Below, piece after piece: positions 55,437 to 64,000 of a DNA stretch of 64,000 nt. Position 1 is the first letter of the stretch, and each line of letters starts with the position of its first letter. This stretch comes from Bacillota bacterium. Its GTDB lineage: Bacteria; Bacillota_I; Bacilli_A; RFN20; CAG-826. Both the position numbers and the translations under genes were made by a program. The DNA lies in contig JAURFC010000001.1 in the NCBI GenBank assembly GCA_030834445.1, positions 150,544-214,543 on the forward strand, written 5' to 3'. The notes beneath the pieces were generated by a model. That model had not been told where the DNA came from and ran no database searches. It saw only the letters and a program-made list of their open reading frames with translations.

Positions 55437-56287
55437 GCTATATCATTGCATTAGATATTGGTGGAACGAATTGTCGCGTAGCGCTCGTCAATGCGTCGTA
55501 TCAAATTGAGGCGATTCATATTGTTGACACCCTTGTCGGAGATAAACAGGCTTTTCTTCAACAAGTTGCAGACGCGATTCGCCGGTTTGAACATCATTTT
55601 CCCGAAGTCCTTGCTTTATCCATTGGGGTTCCGGGTCGGGTGGATAGTCAAGAACATATTGCCATTTTACCGAACATCAAAATTACCGATGTCCCCTTAA
55701 AAACGTATCTTGAAACTCAATTTCACAAACCGGTTTTTATTCGTAATGACGCCGTCATGGCGGCATTAGCTGAAGCGAATTTAGGGTATGGTAAAGCACG
55801 ACCTTCGACGTATTTTATGACAATTTCTACCGGGATTGGTGGGGCGTTTGTTCGCAATCATGAATTAACCTTTAGTTCGGAAGAAATCGGGCATATGCTC
55901 GTCCCGTATCAAGGTCGCTTTATCGAACTCGAACAACGGGGTAGTGGGACCGGCATTGTTGCATTAGCGAAAGATCATGGTTTAACGGTAGATTCCTCAC
56001 GAACCTTTTGGCAACTTGTCGCGATGAAAAAACCAGAAACAAAACCTGTTTATGATACCTGGCTTGCCATCATGAAACACACCCTCCTTTATATCGATAC
56101 GTATTTTCAACCGGACATTTATGTTTTTTCCGGCGGGGTGATGCGTAATGAAGCCTACTTCTTCCATGACTTTAAAGCGTTATTACCCAATCGGGAACTG
56201 GTCATCGCCCAATTAGGCCAAGATGCAGGGATTTTAGGTGCGGCTTATCTTGGCTTTTCATTGACACAATCGACCAAGTCTTTATAA
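55433..56287 (+). CDS. ROK family sugar kinase (glucokinase-like)
   Basis: DIGGT, GVPG, RNDA, STGIGG, EIGH, AGILGAA. Confidence 0.88.
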   Translation: MSYIIALDIGGTNCRVALVNASYQIEAIHIVDTLVGDKQAFLQQVADAIRRFEHHFPEVLALSIGVPGRVDSQEHIAILPNIKITDVPLKTYLETQFHKPVFIRNDAVMAALAEANLGYGKARPSTYFMTISTGIGGAFVRNHELTFSSEEIGHMLVPYQGRFIELEQRGSGTGIVALAKDHGLTVDSSRTFWQLVAMKKPETKPVYDTWLAIMKHTLLYIDTYFQPDIYVFSGGVMRNEAYFFHDFKALLPNRELVIAQLGQDAGILGAAYLGFSLTQSTKSL

Positions 56288-56288
56288 T
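56261..56288 (+). promoter_or_regulatory. SigA promoter of thrS
   Basis: TTGACA-16 nt-TATAAT. Confidence 0.85.
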
Positions 56289-56294
56289 AAAAGT

Positions 56295-56515
56295 TAGCCA
56301 TGATGAAGCCATGGTGAAGGTGCCATCCTTCAAGAAAGAAAGAGTCGCCGTGATGAAAACTCTTTTATGGTTTGTCCCTTCATTACCCCTTCGGAGCTAT
56401 TGAAACTCAATTCAATCGTGACCTCGCGTTAAGAGGCTTGAAGCGTATCCGTACGGATACGAAATTAAGGTGGTACCACGCACACCCGCGTCCTTATCGA
56501 GGGTGTTTTTTTATT
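56295..56515 (+). ncRNA. T-box riboswitch (Thr, specifier ACC)
   Basis: AAGGTGGTACCACG at 56467-56480; terminator CACCC/GGGTG plus U run; ACC at 56385-56387. Confidence 0.92.
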
Positions 56516-56530
56516 TCAAGGAGAAAAAAT

Positions 56531-58447
56531 ATGCCAACACTCATGTTCCCTGATGGTCAGTCCAAAACGTTTGCCCCCGGCACAACAGGTTTTGATGTCG
56601 CCTCCAGCATCTCTCCAAACCTAGCAAAACGGGTTCTTGCTTATGCCCTTGATGAGCAACTTTATGATCTTCATTGGCCCGTCCCTCACGATGGTTCGAT
56701 TCAACTGATTACCGAAAAAGATCTTCGGGCGTTGATGATGCTTCGTCATGATGCTTCCCATCTTCTTGCCCAAGCGATTACGCAACTGTATCCAGGAACA
56801 CTCTTTGGGGTAGGTCCAGCGATTGAGGAAGGTTTTTATTACGATATGGACCTACCTCATCCGCTTTCGGAAGAAGATTTTCCTCAAATCGAAGCGACGA
56901 TGCACGAACTTGCCAAGAAAGCATTCCCCATTACGCGGCAAGAAATTAGCAAAGAAGAAGCCTTAAAACGCTTTAAACATGACCCGTACAAAACCGAACT
57001 CATTCAAGCCCTTGAAGGCACCATTTCCATCTACTCTCAAGGTGATTTTACGGATTTATGTTTAGGACCTCATTTTCCCAATACAAGTTATAATCAACAT
57101 TTTAAATTGCTTACCACTGCGGGTGCGTACTGGCGAGGTGACAGTAAAAACAAACAATTAACCCGTATTTATGGCACGGCTTTTTTCTCGGCCAGTGATT
57201 TAGCAAACCACCTTCATTTACTCGAAGAACGGAAAAAACGCGATCACCGAAAATTAGGCAAAGAACTTGGTTTATTTATGATGTCGGATTTTGGACCAGG
57301 TTTTCCTTTCTGGCTTGATAAAGGAATGCAAGTAAGAAAAACGCTAGAAAACTTTTGGATGACCATTCACCGTCAAGCGGGTTATCAACTCGTGCAAACG
57401 CCCACCATGCTTTCCAAAGAATTGTGGGAAACCTCTGGTCACTGGCACAACTATAAAGAAAACATGTATGTATCAGAAGTCGACGATCGTGAATTCGCGA
57501 TTAAACCCATGAATTGCCCGGGGAGTATGCTCGTTTATAAAAATGGATTTTATTCCTATAAAGACTTACCTATTCGTATGGGTGAACTTGGTAACGTCCA
57601 CCGTCATGAAGCCTCTGGGGCGTTATCAGGGTTATTCCGAGTCCGTAATTTCACCCAAGATGATGCTCATATTTATTGCACGCCGGAACAACTCGCTGAG
57701 GAAGTCCAACGCATCGTTCGCTTGTTTGACTTCTTCTACACAAACGTATTCCATCTTGAATATGATGTGTATTTATCAACCCGTCCGGAAGAAAAATACA
57801 TCGGAAGTCTTGCGACATGGGAAGCTTCCGAAAAAGCATTAGGGGATGCGTTAACGGCGATGGGGAAAACCTTTACTGTTAATCCCGGCGATGGTGCCTT
57901 TTACGGACCCAAGCTCGATTTCAAACTTAAAGATTCGGTGGGGCGTACCTGGCAATGTGGGACGGTGCAACTCGATATGAACAATCCCGAACGGTTTGAT
58001 TTAACGTATATCAATGAAAAAAATGAAAAAGTTCGTCCCATCATGTTACACCGCGTGGTCTATGGTTCTTTAGAACGCTTTATCGGTATTTTGATTGAAC
58101 ATTACGCCGGTGCATTCCCCACCTGGTTAGCCCCGGTTCAAATCAAACTTCTTCCGGTGCATCTTGACTTCCATGCCGTCTATACCCACGAGGTTGAAGC
58201 TGTGTTAAAAGCAGCAGGTATTCGTGTGGAAAAAGATGAAAGTCCAGAAAAACTTGGTTATCGCATTCGTCAAGCTCAAGTTGAAAAAATTCCCTTCTCC
58301 ATCGTCATTGGGGATAAAGAACGCGATCAACGCCTCGTCACCTATCGTCGCTATGGCGAAGAAAAACAAGTCACGGTTTCGCTGGATGAATTTGTGACCT
58401 TAATTCGTCAAGAAATCGATGCCATCTTACAATTACGATTGGATTAA
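56531..58447 (+). CDS. thrS: Threonine--tRNA ligase (true start ATG 56531)
   Basis: TGS domain, DLCLGPH, RDHRKLG, KPMNCP, FYGPKLD, ERFIGIL.EH; AAGGAG RBS. Confidence 0.98.
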   Translation: MPTLMFPDGQSKTFAPGTTGFDVASSISPNLAKRVLAYALDEQLYDLHWPVPHDGSIQLITEKDLRALMMLRHDASHLLAQAITQLYPGTLFGVGPAIEEGFYYDMDLPHPLSEEDFPQIEATMHELAKKAFPITRQEISKEEALKRFKHDPYKTELIQALEGTISIYSQGDFTDLCLGPHFPNTSYNQHFKLLTTAGAYWRGDSKNKQLTRIYGTAFFSASDLANHLHLLEERKKRDHRKLGKELGLFMMSDFGPGFPFWLDKGMQVRKTLENFWMTIHRQAGYQLVQTPTMLSKELWETSGHWHNYKENMYVSEVDDREFAIKPMNCPGSMLVYKNGFYSYKDLPIRMGELGNVHRHEASGALSGLFRVRNFTQDDAHIYCTPEQLAEEVQRIVRLFDFFYTNVFHLEYDVYLSTRPEEKYIGSLATWEASEKALGDALTAMGKTFTVNPGDGAFYGPKLDFKLKDSVGRTWQCGTVQLDMNNPERFDLTYINEKNEKVRPIMLHRVVYGSLERFIGILIEHYAGAFPTWLAPVQIKLLPVHLDFHAVYTHEVEAVLKAAGIRVEKDESPEKLGYRIRQAQVEKIPFSIVIGDKERDQRLVTYRRYGEEKQVTVSLDEFVTLIRQEIDAILQLRLD

Positions 58448-58475
58448 TTGACATTTCTTCTACCTATGGTATAGT
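58448..58475 (+). promoter_or_regulatory. SigA promoter of infC-rpmI-rplT
   Basis: TTGACA-16 nt-TATAGT with extended -10 TG. Confidence 0.8.
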
Positions 58476-58484
58476 ATTCAGGTA

Positions 58485-58590
58485 AATTAGAAAGCAGAGG
58501 CGTCCGCTTCTCACCCGATTCTGTCTCAGTTTGGGTTCATGCTAGAAATTCTTTTCTATCATAAAAGGACGCTCGCGCGCCCTTTTTTTA
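58485..58590 (+). ncRNA. L20 ribosomal protein leader
   Basis: AAGCAGAGGCGTCCGCTTCTCACC core plus a downstream hairpin and U run, upstream of infC. Confidence 0.8.
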
Positions 58591-58608
58591 CACAAGGAGG
58601 ATGAGCAT

Positions 58609-59160
58609 ATAGCCTATTACAATATTCCCGTTAAACCGAATTCCAAAGGTCCTTCCGACCTGATTAACCAACAAATTCGTTTTCCCCAAGTGCTCGTAAT
58701 TGATCGCGAGGGAAAACAATTAGGGGTAATGTCGAGTTTACAAGCCAATCAAATGGCTGAGCAGCAAGGATTAGATTTATTATGTGTTGCCCCGCAAGCC
58801 CGACCACCTGTTTGTAAAATCCTGGATTACGGTAAGTATCGCTTCGAACAACAAAAGAAAGCGAAAGAAGCCAAAAAGAATCAACAAATCATCGACATTA
58901 AAGAAGTGCAACTCAGTCCACAAATTGGGGAACACGACTTAATGGTGAAAGTCAAACGTGCCCGTGAATTCTTCCAAGAAGGTCATAAAGTCAAAGTGGC
59001 GCTACGCTTCCGCGGACGCCAAATGGCGCACCAAGATCTCGGGGTTGAAACGATTCAACGCTTCATTGATCTCGTCCAAGATTTATCCCAAGTCGAAAAG
59101 AAACCGGAACTTGAAGGTAAATTGCTCATTGCCGTGCTTAGTTCAACCGTTAAAAAGTAA
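58609..59160 (+). CDS. infC: Translation initiation factor IF-3 (non-AUG start, ATA at 58609)
   Basis: IN.QIR, PPVCKILDYGKYRFE, FRGRQ; AGGAGG 8 nt upstream of an in-frame ATA. Confidence 0.95.
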   Translation: MAYYNIPVKPNSKGPSDLINQQIRFPQVLVIDREGKQLGVMSSLQANQMAEQQGLDLLCVAPQARPPVCKILDYGKYRFEQQKKAKEAKKNQQIIDIKEVQLSPQIGEHDLMVKVKRAREFFQEGHKVKVALRFRGRQMAHQDLGVETIQRFIDLVQDLSQVEKKPELEGKLLIAVLSSTVKK

Positions 59161-59174
59161 AGGAGTCCATCACA

Positions 59175-59378
59175 ATGGCTAAAGGATACAAATTAAAATC
59201 CAAACGCGCGTTAATGAAACGCGTCAAAGTTAAAAAGAACGGTCAACTCGTTCGCAAATCTGCCTACACGGGTCACCTTGCCCCCCGTAAGACAACTAAA
59301 CAAAAACGTCACTTACGTAAAACTCGGGTTATTTCTGAATCCGATTACAAACGTATTAAGTCTTTATTAAGTATTTAA
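59175..59378 (+). CDS. rpmI: 50S ribosomal protein L35
   Basis: KLKSKRALMKR...H...KTTKQKRHLR; between infC and rplT. Confidence 0.96.
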   Translation: MAKGYKLKSKRALMKRVKVKKNGQLVRKSAYTGHLAPRKTTKQKRHLRKTRVISESDYKRIKSLLSI

Positions 59379-59390
59379 GGAGAATCAACC

Positions 59391-59744
59391 ATGAGAGTTA
59401 AAGGTGGTACCGTTACCCGCGCCCGTCGTAAACGTGTCTTAAAAGAAGCCGAAGGTTATTTTGGCGCTCGTTCAACGCTTTTCCGTACAGCCAAGCAAGC
59501 CGTCATGAAAGCGCAACAATATGCGTATCGTGACCGTAAACAAGTCAAATCCGACTTCCGTAAATTATGGATTAAACGGATTAATGCGGCCGTTCGTCCG
59601 TTTGATTTAAGCTACAGCCAATTCATGTTTGGTTTAAAGAAAGCTGGCATTGATGTCAATCGTAAAATGCTTTCTGAATTAGCAATTCAAGATGCCGCGT
59701 CGTTCCAACAACTCGTTGAAACGGCCAAGAAAAATCTTGCCTAG
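59391..59744 (+). CDS. rplT: 50S ribosomal protein L20
   Basis: [32 protein letters not shown]. Confidence 0.98.
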   Translation: MRVKGGTVTRARRKRVLKEAEGYFGARSTLFRTAKQAVMKAQQYAYRDRKQVKSDFRKLWIKRINAAVRPFDLSYSQFMFGLKKAGIDVNRKMLSELAIQDAASFQQLVETAKKNLA

Positions 59745-59768
59745 TTTTGCCTGTTACATCATGCATTG

Positions 59769-59797
59769 AAAACCCGAGATTAACCTCGGGTTTTTTT
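59769..59797. terminator. Terminator hairpin after rplT, overlapping the ezrA stop
   Basis: AAAACCCGAG-attaac-CTCGGGTTTTTTT. Confidence 0.8.
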
Positions 59798-61417
59798 ATG
59801 CTTTTGTTGGCTCGGGTCATCCGGCATCTTTTTTAGGAGTTGTTGAATATCTTGGAAGACTTCTTGGAAGCGTCCTTCAAAAAACTTGGCTTCAGCTAAA
59901 CTCATAAACCGTTGATGATCGGACGTTCGGTGGCGATCTTGATTCGCTTTCAATAAGGCTTGTTCTGCTTGTAAAGCATCGCGATAATCTTTTTCAAGTT
60001 GTTGGATAAACGGCTCACCTTCTTCCTGTAAGTAGCGAAGATTTTCATCAACGATATTCATGTTGATTGGGAGCTGTTGTAACGCTTCGGTAATCGTGTT
60101 CAATCGTTCATAAAGTAAGGTAAAGGTGGCCTCAAAGGGACCATACCATTTCGGTAAATAAAACGCTTGCCATTGTTGTTCGAGTGATTTATACCGTTGA
60201 AATAACGCTTGTGCTTTTTGAAAGGCTTCCATCGCTTGTTTCTTCAAACTGAGCATGTACTGGGAAAAGGCTTCAATTTTTTCATCCACATCATCGGCCA
60301 AGGTATTCAGCGTGCGAATTTTTGCCAGTTGCAATGTATAAGGTTGTTTGGTTCCCGATAAAACTAAAGTGTCGAGTCCACGTTTAATCCGATTGAGTTC
60401 ACTAATATCACGTTGAATGACTTCGATGGAGGCAAGACGCGAATCTTCAAGGACATAATGCTTTTTAATCCGCGGCAAATCCGCGTTGAGTTTAGCGAGA
60501 CGTTTTTCTAAATCATTTCCGCGTTGGTAGGTTGTTTCATAATCCGCTTCCACCATTTGTTTGGCGGCTTTTTCTTTTTCAAAGAGCGGATAAAATGCAT
60601 CAAGGCGTTCAATGATGTTTTTAAACGCAGGTTCTAACCCTAAAATTTCAAATTGTTGTAATTTACGATCAAGATTTTCTTTTTCAAACTCGACTTTTTG
60701 CAAGGTGTCATACACGAGTAAATGATGAATGGGGTAACCTTGTTTTCCCATGTCTTCTGCTGCTTTTTTCAAGGCGGCGGCTTTTTCGGGAATGACCGTA
60801 GCCATGTAGGAACATAACGGAGGTAAACTTTCCATCACTTCCATGAGTTTGAGACAAATTTTACGAATTTTGGTGAGTTGGAGGTCGATATCATCATAAT
60901 TGCCTGTATCGAGCCACCCTTCAATTTGTAGCATCTTTTCATCAAATTGTTGAAAGGCAAATGTAAATTTGGCTTCGAGATAAACGAGTTGATGGGCAAA
61001 TTTAAAATACATGACCCTTAACCCACGAATATGGTCTTTGGTTTCCGCAATTTTGGCTTTCATTGCCATTTCCGGTTGCATGATTTTTTTTAATTCTTCC
61101 ACATACTTTTTAATACTCGATGTGCATAAATCCAACGTAATTTTTGTCGGTTCATAATGCGACGTAAACTCTGAACTTGCGCGTTTATCCATGTACATCT
61201 TTAATTGTTTTAATTGGTCTTTGGCCTTCGGGATTAACGATTGATGAATGAGTTCTTGGGACTTACGAATAGCTTCAAAATGCGTGAATAACTCTAAATT
61301 ATGTTTGGAGATAAATCCTAAGCGTTGAAACATCACATCGCCTTCCACATCAAAAAGTTGTTGGGCAGCGAGGAGTTTACGCTCAAGTTCTACATACGGT
61401 TTTTTAATGAATAACAT
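59780..61417 (-). CDS. ezrA: EzrA-like septation ring regulator (coiled-coil), no N-terminal TM
   Basis: 545-aa helical protein with G.Y, GYPIHHL, LQQLPINM and AEQA..AN..R...AEAKF features; divergent from rpsD as in Bacilli. Confidence 0.72.
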   Translation of the reverse strand: MLFIKKPYVELERKLLAAQQLFDVEGDVMFQRLGFISKHNLELFTHFEAIRKSQELIHQSLIPKAKDQLKQLKMYMDKRASSEFTSHYEPTKITLDLCTSSIKKYVEELKKIMQPEMAMKAKIAETKDHIRGLRVMYFKFAHQLVYLEAKFTFAFQQFDEKMLQIEGWLDTGNYDDIDLQLTKIRKICLKLMEVMESLPPLCSYMATVIPEKAAALKKAAEDMGKQGYPIHHLLVYDTLQKVEFEKENLDRKLQQFEILGLEPAFKNIIERLDAFYPLFEKEKAAKQMVEADYETTYQRGNDLEKRLAKLNADLPRIKKHYVLEDSRLASIEVIQRDISELNRIKRGLDTLVLSGTKQPYTLQLAKIRTLNTLADDVDEKIEAFSQYMLSLKKQAMEAFQKAQALFQRYKSLEQQWQAFYLPKWYGPFEATFTLLYERLNTITEALQQLPINMNIVDENLRYLQEEGEPFIQQLEKDYRDALQAEQALLKANQDRHRTSDHQRFMSLAEAKFFEGRFQEVFQDIQQLLKKMPDDPSQQKHKKTRG

Positions 61418-61483
61418 AATGATTAACCTTAATATAGCACATCAAAAAACGAAACGCTGAACGACTCGTTAAAATTAAAAACA

Positions 61484-61512
61484 TTGACGTTTTCTAAGGA
61501 ATTCGTTATATT
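61484..61512 (+). promoter_or_regulatory. SigA promoter of rpsD
   Basis: TTGACG-17 nt-TATATT. Confidence 0.8.
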
Positions 61513-61518
61513 TATAAA

Positions 61519-61660
61519 GCATTGAAAGCATGCACCTACGCCTTGTCTGACGCTTAACACCTACTTAAACGCAGTAACCTTAGCTTAAAGGCGAACCGTG
61601 AAGTTAAGCACCCGAAGGTTGGAAGGTACACCTCGCTTTATTGTGCAATCAAGAAAGGAG
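61519..61660 (+). ncRNA. Probable S4 autoregulatory leader
   Basis: About 150-nt structured UTR (GCTTAAC/GTTAAGC pairing, GTAA motif) before rpsD; known in Bacilli. Confidence 0.55.
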
Positions 61661-61670
61661 GAATCCCTAC

Positions 61671-62276
61671 ATGAGATTTCGTGGATCTGATTGGAAACGT
61701 TCACGTCGTTTAGGTTTTTCTACGTTAGAAACCGGAAAGGAACTTGCCCGCCGTCCTTATGGCCCAGGCCAACATGGAAACAGCCGCAAGAAAAAACCTT
61801 CGGAATACGGTAAACAACTTTTAGAAAAACAAAAACTTCGTTTTACGTATGGCGTCAATGAACGTCAATTCCGTCGTTTATTCTTACTCGCAGTCAAGAG
61901 TAAAGAAGTTACTGGCACCCGCTTTATGCAAATTCTTGAATCACGCTTAGACAATCTTGTCTTCCGTTTAGGTTTTGCTAAAACCCGTAAAGCTGCCCGT
62001 CAACTCGTCAACCATGGTCACATCACGGTCAATGGCAGTAAATTGGATATCCCAAGCTACTTATGCGCGATCAATGATGTTATCGCCGTCAATGAAAAAA
62101 GTAAAGGTTTAGTGGCCATCAAAGCCAGCCTTGAAAACATTGCAGGCACGGTTGCCTATGTGTCTGTGAACAAAGAAAAAATGGAAGGATCATTCGTACG
62201 CTTCCCTGAACGTAACGAATTATCCCAAGACATTAACGAAGCCCAAATCGTTGAATACTACAACCGACTCTTGTAA
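61671..62276 (+). CDS. rpsD: 30S ribosomal protein S4 (start ATG 61671)
   Basis: PGQHG, SEYGKQLLEKQK, LESRLDNLVFRLG, ARQLVNHGH; AAGGAGG RBS. Confidence 0.98.
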   Translation: MRFRGSDWKRSRRLGFSTLETGKELARRPYGPGQHGNSRKKKPSEYGKQLLEKQKLRFTYGVNERQFRRLFLLAVKSKEVTGTRFMQILESRLDNLVFRLGFAKTRKAARQLVNHGHITVNGSKLDIPSYLCAINDVIAVNEKSKGLVAIKASLENIAGTVAYVSVNKEKMEGSFVRFPERNELSQDINEAQIVEYYNRLL

Positions 62277-62300
62277 TCGGTTCATTGTCATCGATCAAAG

Positions 62301-62330
62301 AAAAACTTGGAGTTTCCTCCAAGTTTTTTT
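62301..62330. terminator. Bidirectional terminator between rpsD and tyrS
   Basis: AAAAACTTGGAG-tttc-CTCCAAGTTTTT. Confidence 0.85.
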
Positions 62331-63580
62331 TATTTTACGGTTACACAGTAATATTGTTTCTTACCGCGACGAATAACGTAATATGCTCCATGTAAACTCG
62401 AGAGGTGTTGTAGAGATTGTCCGAGTGTGTTTATCACCTCACCATTAATCTGAATGGAGTTCCCTTGAATAAATTCTCGTGCTTCGCGTTTACTGCTAGC
62501 AGCACCAATACTCACAAGCATATCTTCTAAAGGAAGGGTGTCATCGACTTGAATCATTTTATCCGCAAAGACGGCGGTTAGTTGGGTTTGAGATAAGGTT
62601 TGAAAGGCGCCCGTAAAAAAGACATGGGTTAACGCTTGCGCTTCTTTGAGACCTTCCTCCCCATGAATAAGTGTGACTAATTGTTCTGCGAGTGCTTTTT
62701 GCCCAATGCGTTGTCCTAATTTTTGTTCATGTTCTACTTGTATTGCACGGATAGACGCTTGATCAAGGAACGAAAAGATTTCTAAATAGCGAATCGCATC
62801 GGTGTCACTGACATTATAGAAGTATTGATAAAGCGTATAAGGGCTCGTTAATTGCGTATCTAAAAACAGCGCGCCATCTTCGGATTTACCAAACTTTTTA
62901 CCATCACTTCGCGTAATCAGTGGCGTGGTAAAAACAGCGGCAGGAACGGGTTTATCTGTCGCCTTCCGAATGAGTTCTAACCCACTCGTTAAATTTCCCC
63001 ATTGATCGGAACCGCCAAACTGAATTTGGCACTGTTCTTCTTGGTATAAATGATAAAAATCAATCGATTGAAGCATCATGTAAGAAAATTCGGTGTAAGA
63101 TAATCCATTTTCAAGACGATTGGCGACAACATCTTTGGCTAACATGACATTAATCGGGAAATATTTTCCAAAATCTCTTAAATAATCAATCATCGAAAGC
63201 TTTCCTAACCAATCGTAATTGTTTAAGACCACGCCTTTTTTGGGATCAGAGAAATCTAAAAAACGGGTGAGTTGTTTTTGAATCAAGGACGTATTGGTCG
63301 CCAAGGTCGTTTTATCGAGTAAATTACGTTCTTTATTTTTTCCGGAGGGATCCCCAATCATCCCTGTGGCACCCCCGACAAGGGCAATAATGCGGTGACC
63401 TGCGCGTTGAAGTCGCATTAAAACCGAAATCGGCACGAAATTACCTAAGTGCATCGAGGTTGCCGAAGGATCAAAACCACAATAAATGGTTGTTGGTTTG
63501 GATAAAATCGACGTTAATTCTTCACGATTGGATGTATCCTTAATTAAGCCTCGCCACGTGAGTTCATCAATAATATGCAT
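62330..63580 (-). CDS. tyrS: Tyrosine--tRNA ligase
   Basis: YCGFDPS..SMHLGN, GGSDQWGN, KFGKS, C-terminal S4 domain RRGKK. Confidence 0.98.
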   Translation of the reverse strand: MHIIDELTWRGLIKDTSNREELTSILSKPTTIYCGFDPSATSMHLGNFVPISVLMRLQRAGHRIIALVGGATGMIGDPSGKNKERNLLDKTTLATNTSLIQKQLTRFLDFSDPKKGVVLNNYDWLGKLSMIDYLRDFGKYFPINVMLAKDVVANRLENGLSYTEFSYMMLQSIDFYHLYQEEQCQIQFGGSDQWGNLTSGLELIRKATDKPVPAAVFTTPLITRSDGKKFGKSEDGALFLDTQLTSPYTLYQYFYNVSDTDAIRYLEIFSFLDQASIRAIQVEHEQKLGQRIGQKALAEQLVTLIHGEEGLKEAQALTHVFFTGAFQTLSQTQLTAVFADKMIQVDDTLPLEDMLVSIGAASSKREAREFIQGNSIQINGEVINTLGQSLQHLSSLHGAYYVIRRGKKQYYCVTVK

Positions 63581-63593
63581 AATCGTTTTCCTT

Positions 63594-64000
63594 TTAAATC
63601 GTTGAATCGCGTTTTACAAATGTTGAATCAAAGGTTTTGTCTTGTTCGACGTCTTCATCATTTAAGAATTTTGAAAGCATTGTGACCGTGGTTGACCCGA
63701 CATCTTTGAGATCAATGTGTAAACTCGTTAATTGTGGCCGAATAATTGAAGCGTATTTGGTGCCGATTAACGAAAGAACCTCAACATCTTCGGGAACCCG
63801 CAAACCAGAATCAAGCGCCGCATTAATCACCGCGGCTGCTAAAGAATCGCGATAGGCTAAAAAATAACCTGATCGAGTGGACTTAAATATTTCTAAGAAA
63901 TCGGCATACGTTTGGCGATAAGAATCTTCGACCGAAAAGACTCCATAATTTTTTCCTGCTTGAATGTGGGATTCAATAAATGCTCGTTCAATGCGTTCAA
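63594..64000 (-). CDS. LacI-family regulator (CcpA-like), C-terminal part; 5' end beyond window edge
   Basis: GLRVPEDVEV, RPQLTS, VKRDST effector-binding domain end. Confidence 0.8.
   Translation of the reverse strand, partial: ERIERAFIESHIQAGKNYGVFSVEDSYRQTYADFLEIFKSTRSGYFLAYRDSLAAAVINAALDSGLRVPEDVEVLSLIGTKYASIIRPQLTSLHIDLKDVGSTTVTMLSKFLNDEDVEQDKTFDSTFVKRDSTI

Noticed and set aside
56372-56530. 53-aa N-terminal extension of ThrS
   Set aside because: Chance open frame through the T-box leader; the RBS precedes ATG 56531.
1-64000. CRISPR arrays, IS elements, prophage, defence systems, rRNA, or an alternative genetic code
   Set aside because: No spaced direct repeats, transposase, integrase or phage genes were seen. 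TGA terminates conserved genes at expected lengths (for example radC, mutS2, pfkA), so code 11 applies.

Overview
A gene-dense, roughly 40% GC chromosomal core region from a reduced-genome member of the Bacilli. It uses the standard genetic code (TGA is a stop), and its gene order and regulation suggest an Erysipelotrichales/Acholeplasma/RFN20-RF39-like lineage; that placement is inference only. Content is almost all housekeeping: secDF-like (partial), ruvAB, obg, rplU-prp-rpmA, radC, valS, engB-lon-tig, tRNA-Arg(UCU), uvrC-mutS2/rnhC, rluD-lspA-ileS, a minimal dcw cluster, pheST, glgB-glgP, ackA, nrnA, dnaE-polA-mutM/coaE, dnaB-dnaI, pfkA-pyk-ROK kinase, thrS-infC-rpmI-rplT, ezrA-like, rpsD, tyrS and a partial LacI/CcpA. 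Cis-regulatory elements read directly from the sequence are four T-box leaders, L21/L20/S4 ribosomal leaders, two CIRCE operators at lon and MraZ boxes. I saw no mobile elements, CRISPR arrays or rRNA. The most notable items include three small ORFs missed by the ORF track: a 58-aa double-glycine-leader peptide coupled to radC with a hairpin-occluded RBS, a 58-aa DivIB/FtsQ-like stub coupled to ftsA, and a 34-aa membrane peptide coupled to ruvA. Also notable are a stripped-down division set (FtsA and EzrA apparently without membrane anchors), an internally duplicated AdoMetDC-fold protein with complementary half-active sites heading the glycolytic operon, a MutM-CoaE fusion, and recurrent leaderless gene starts. 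All family calls come from motif recognition and synteny; no database searches were run.
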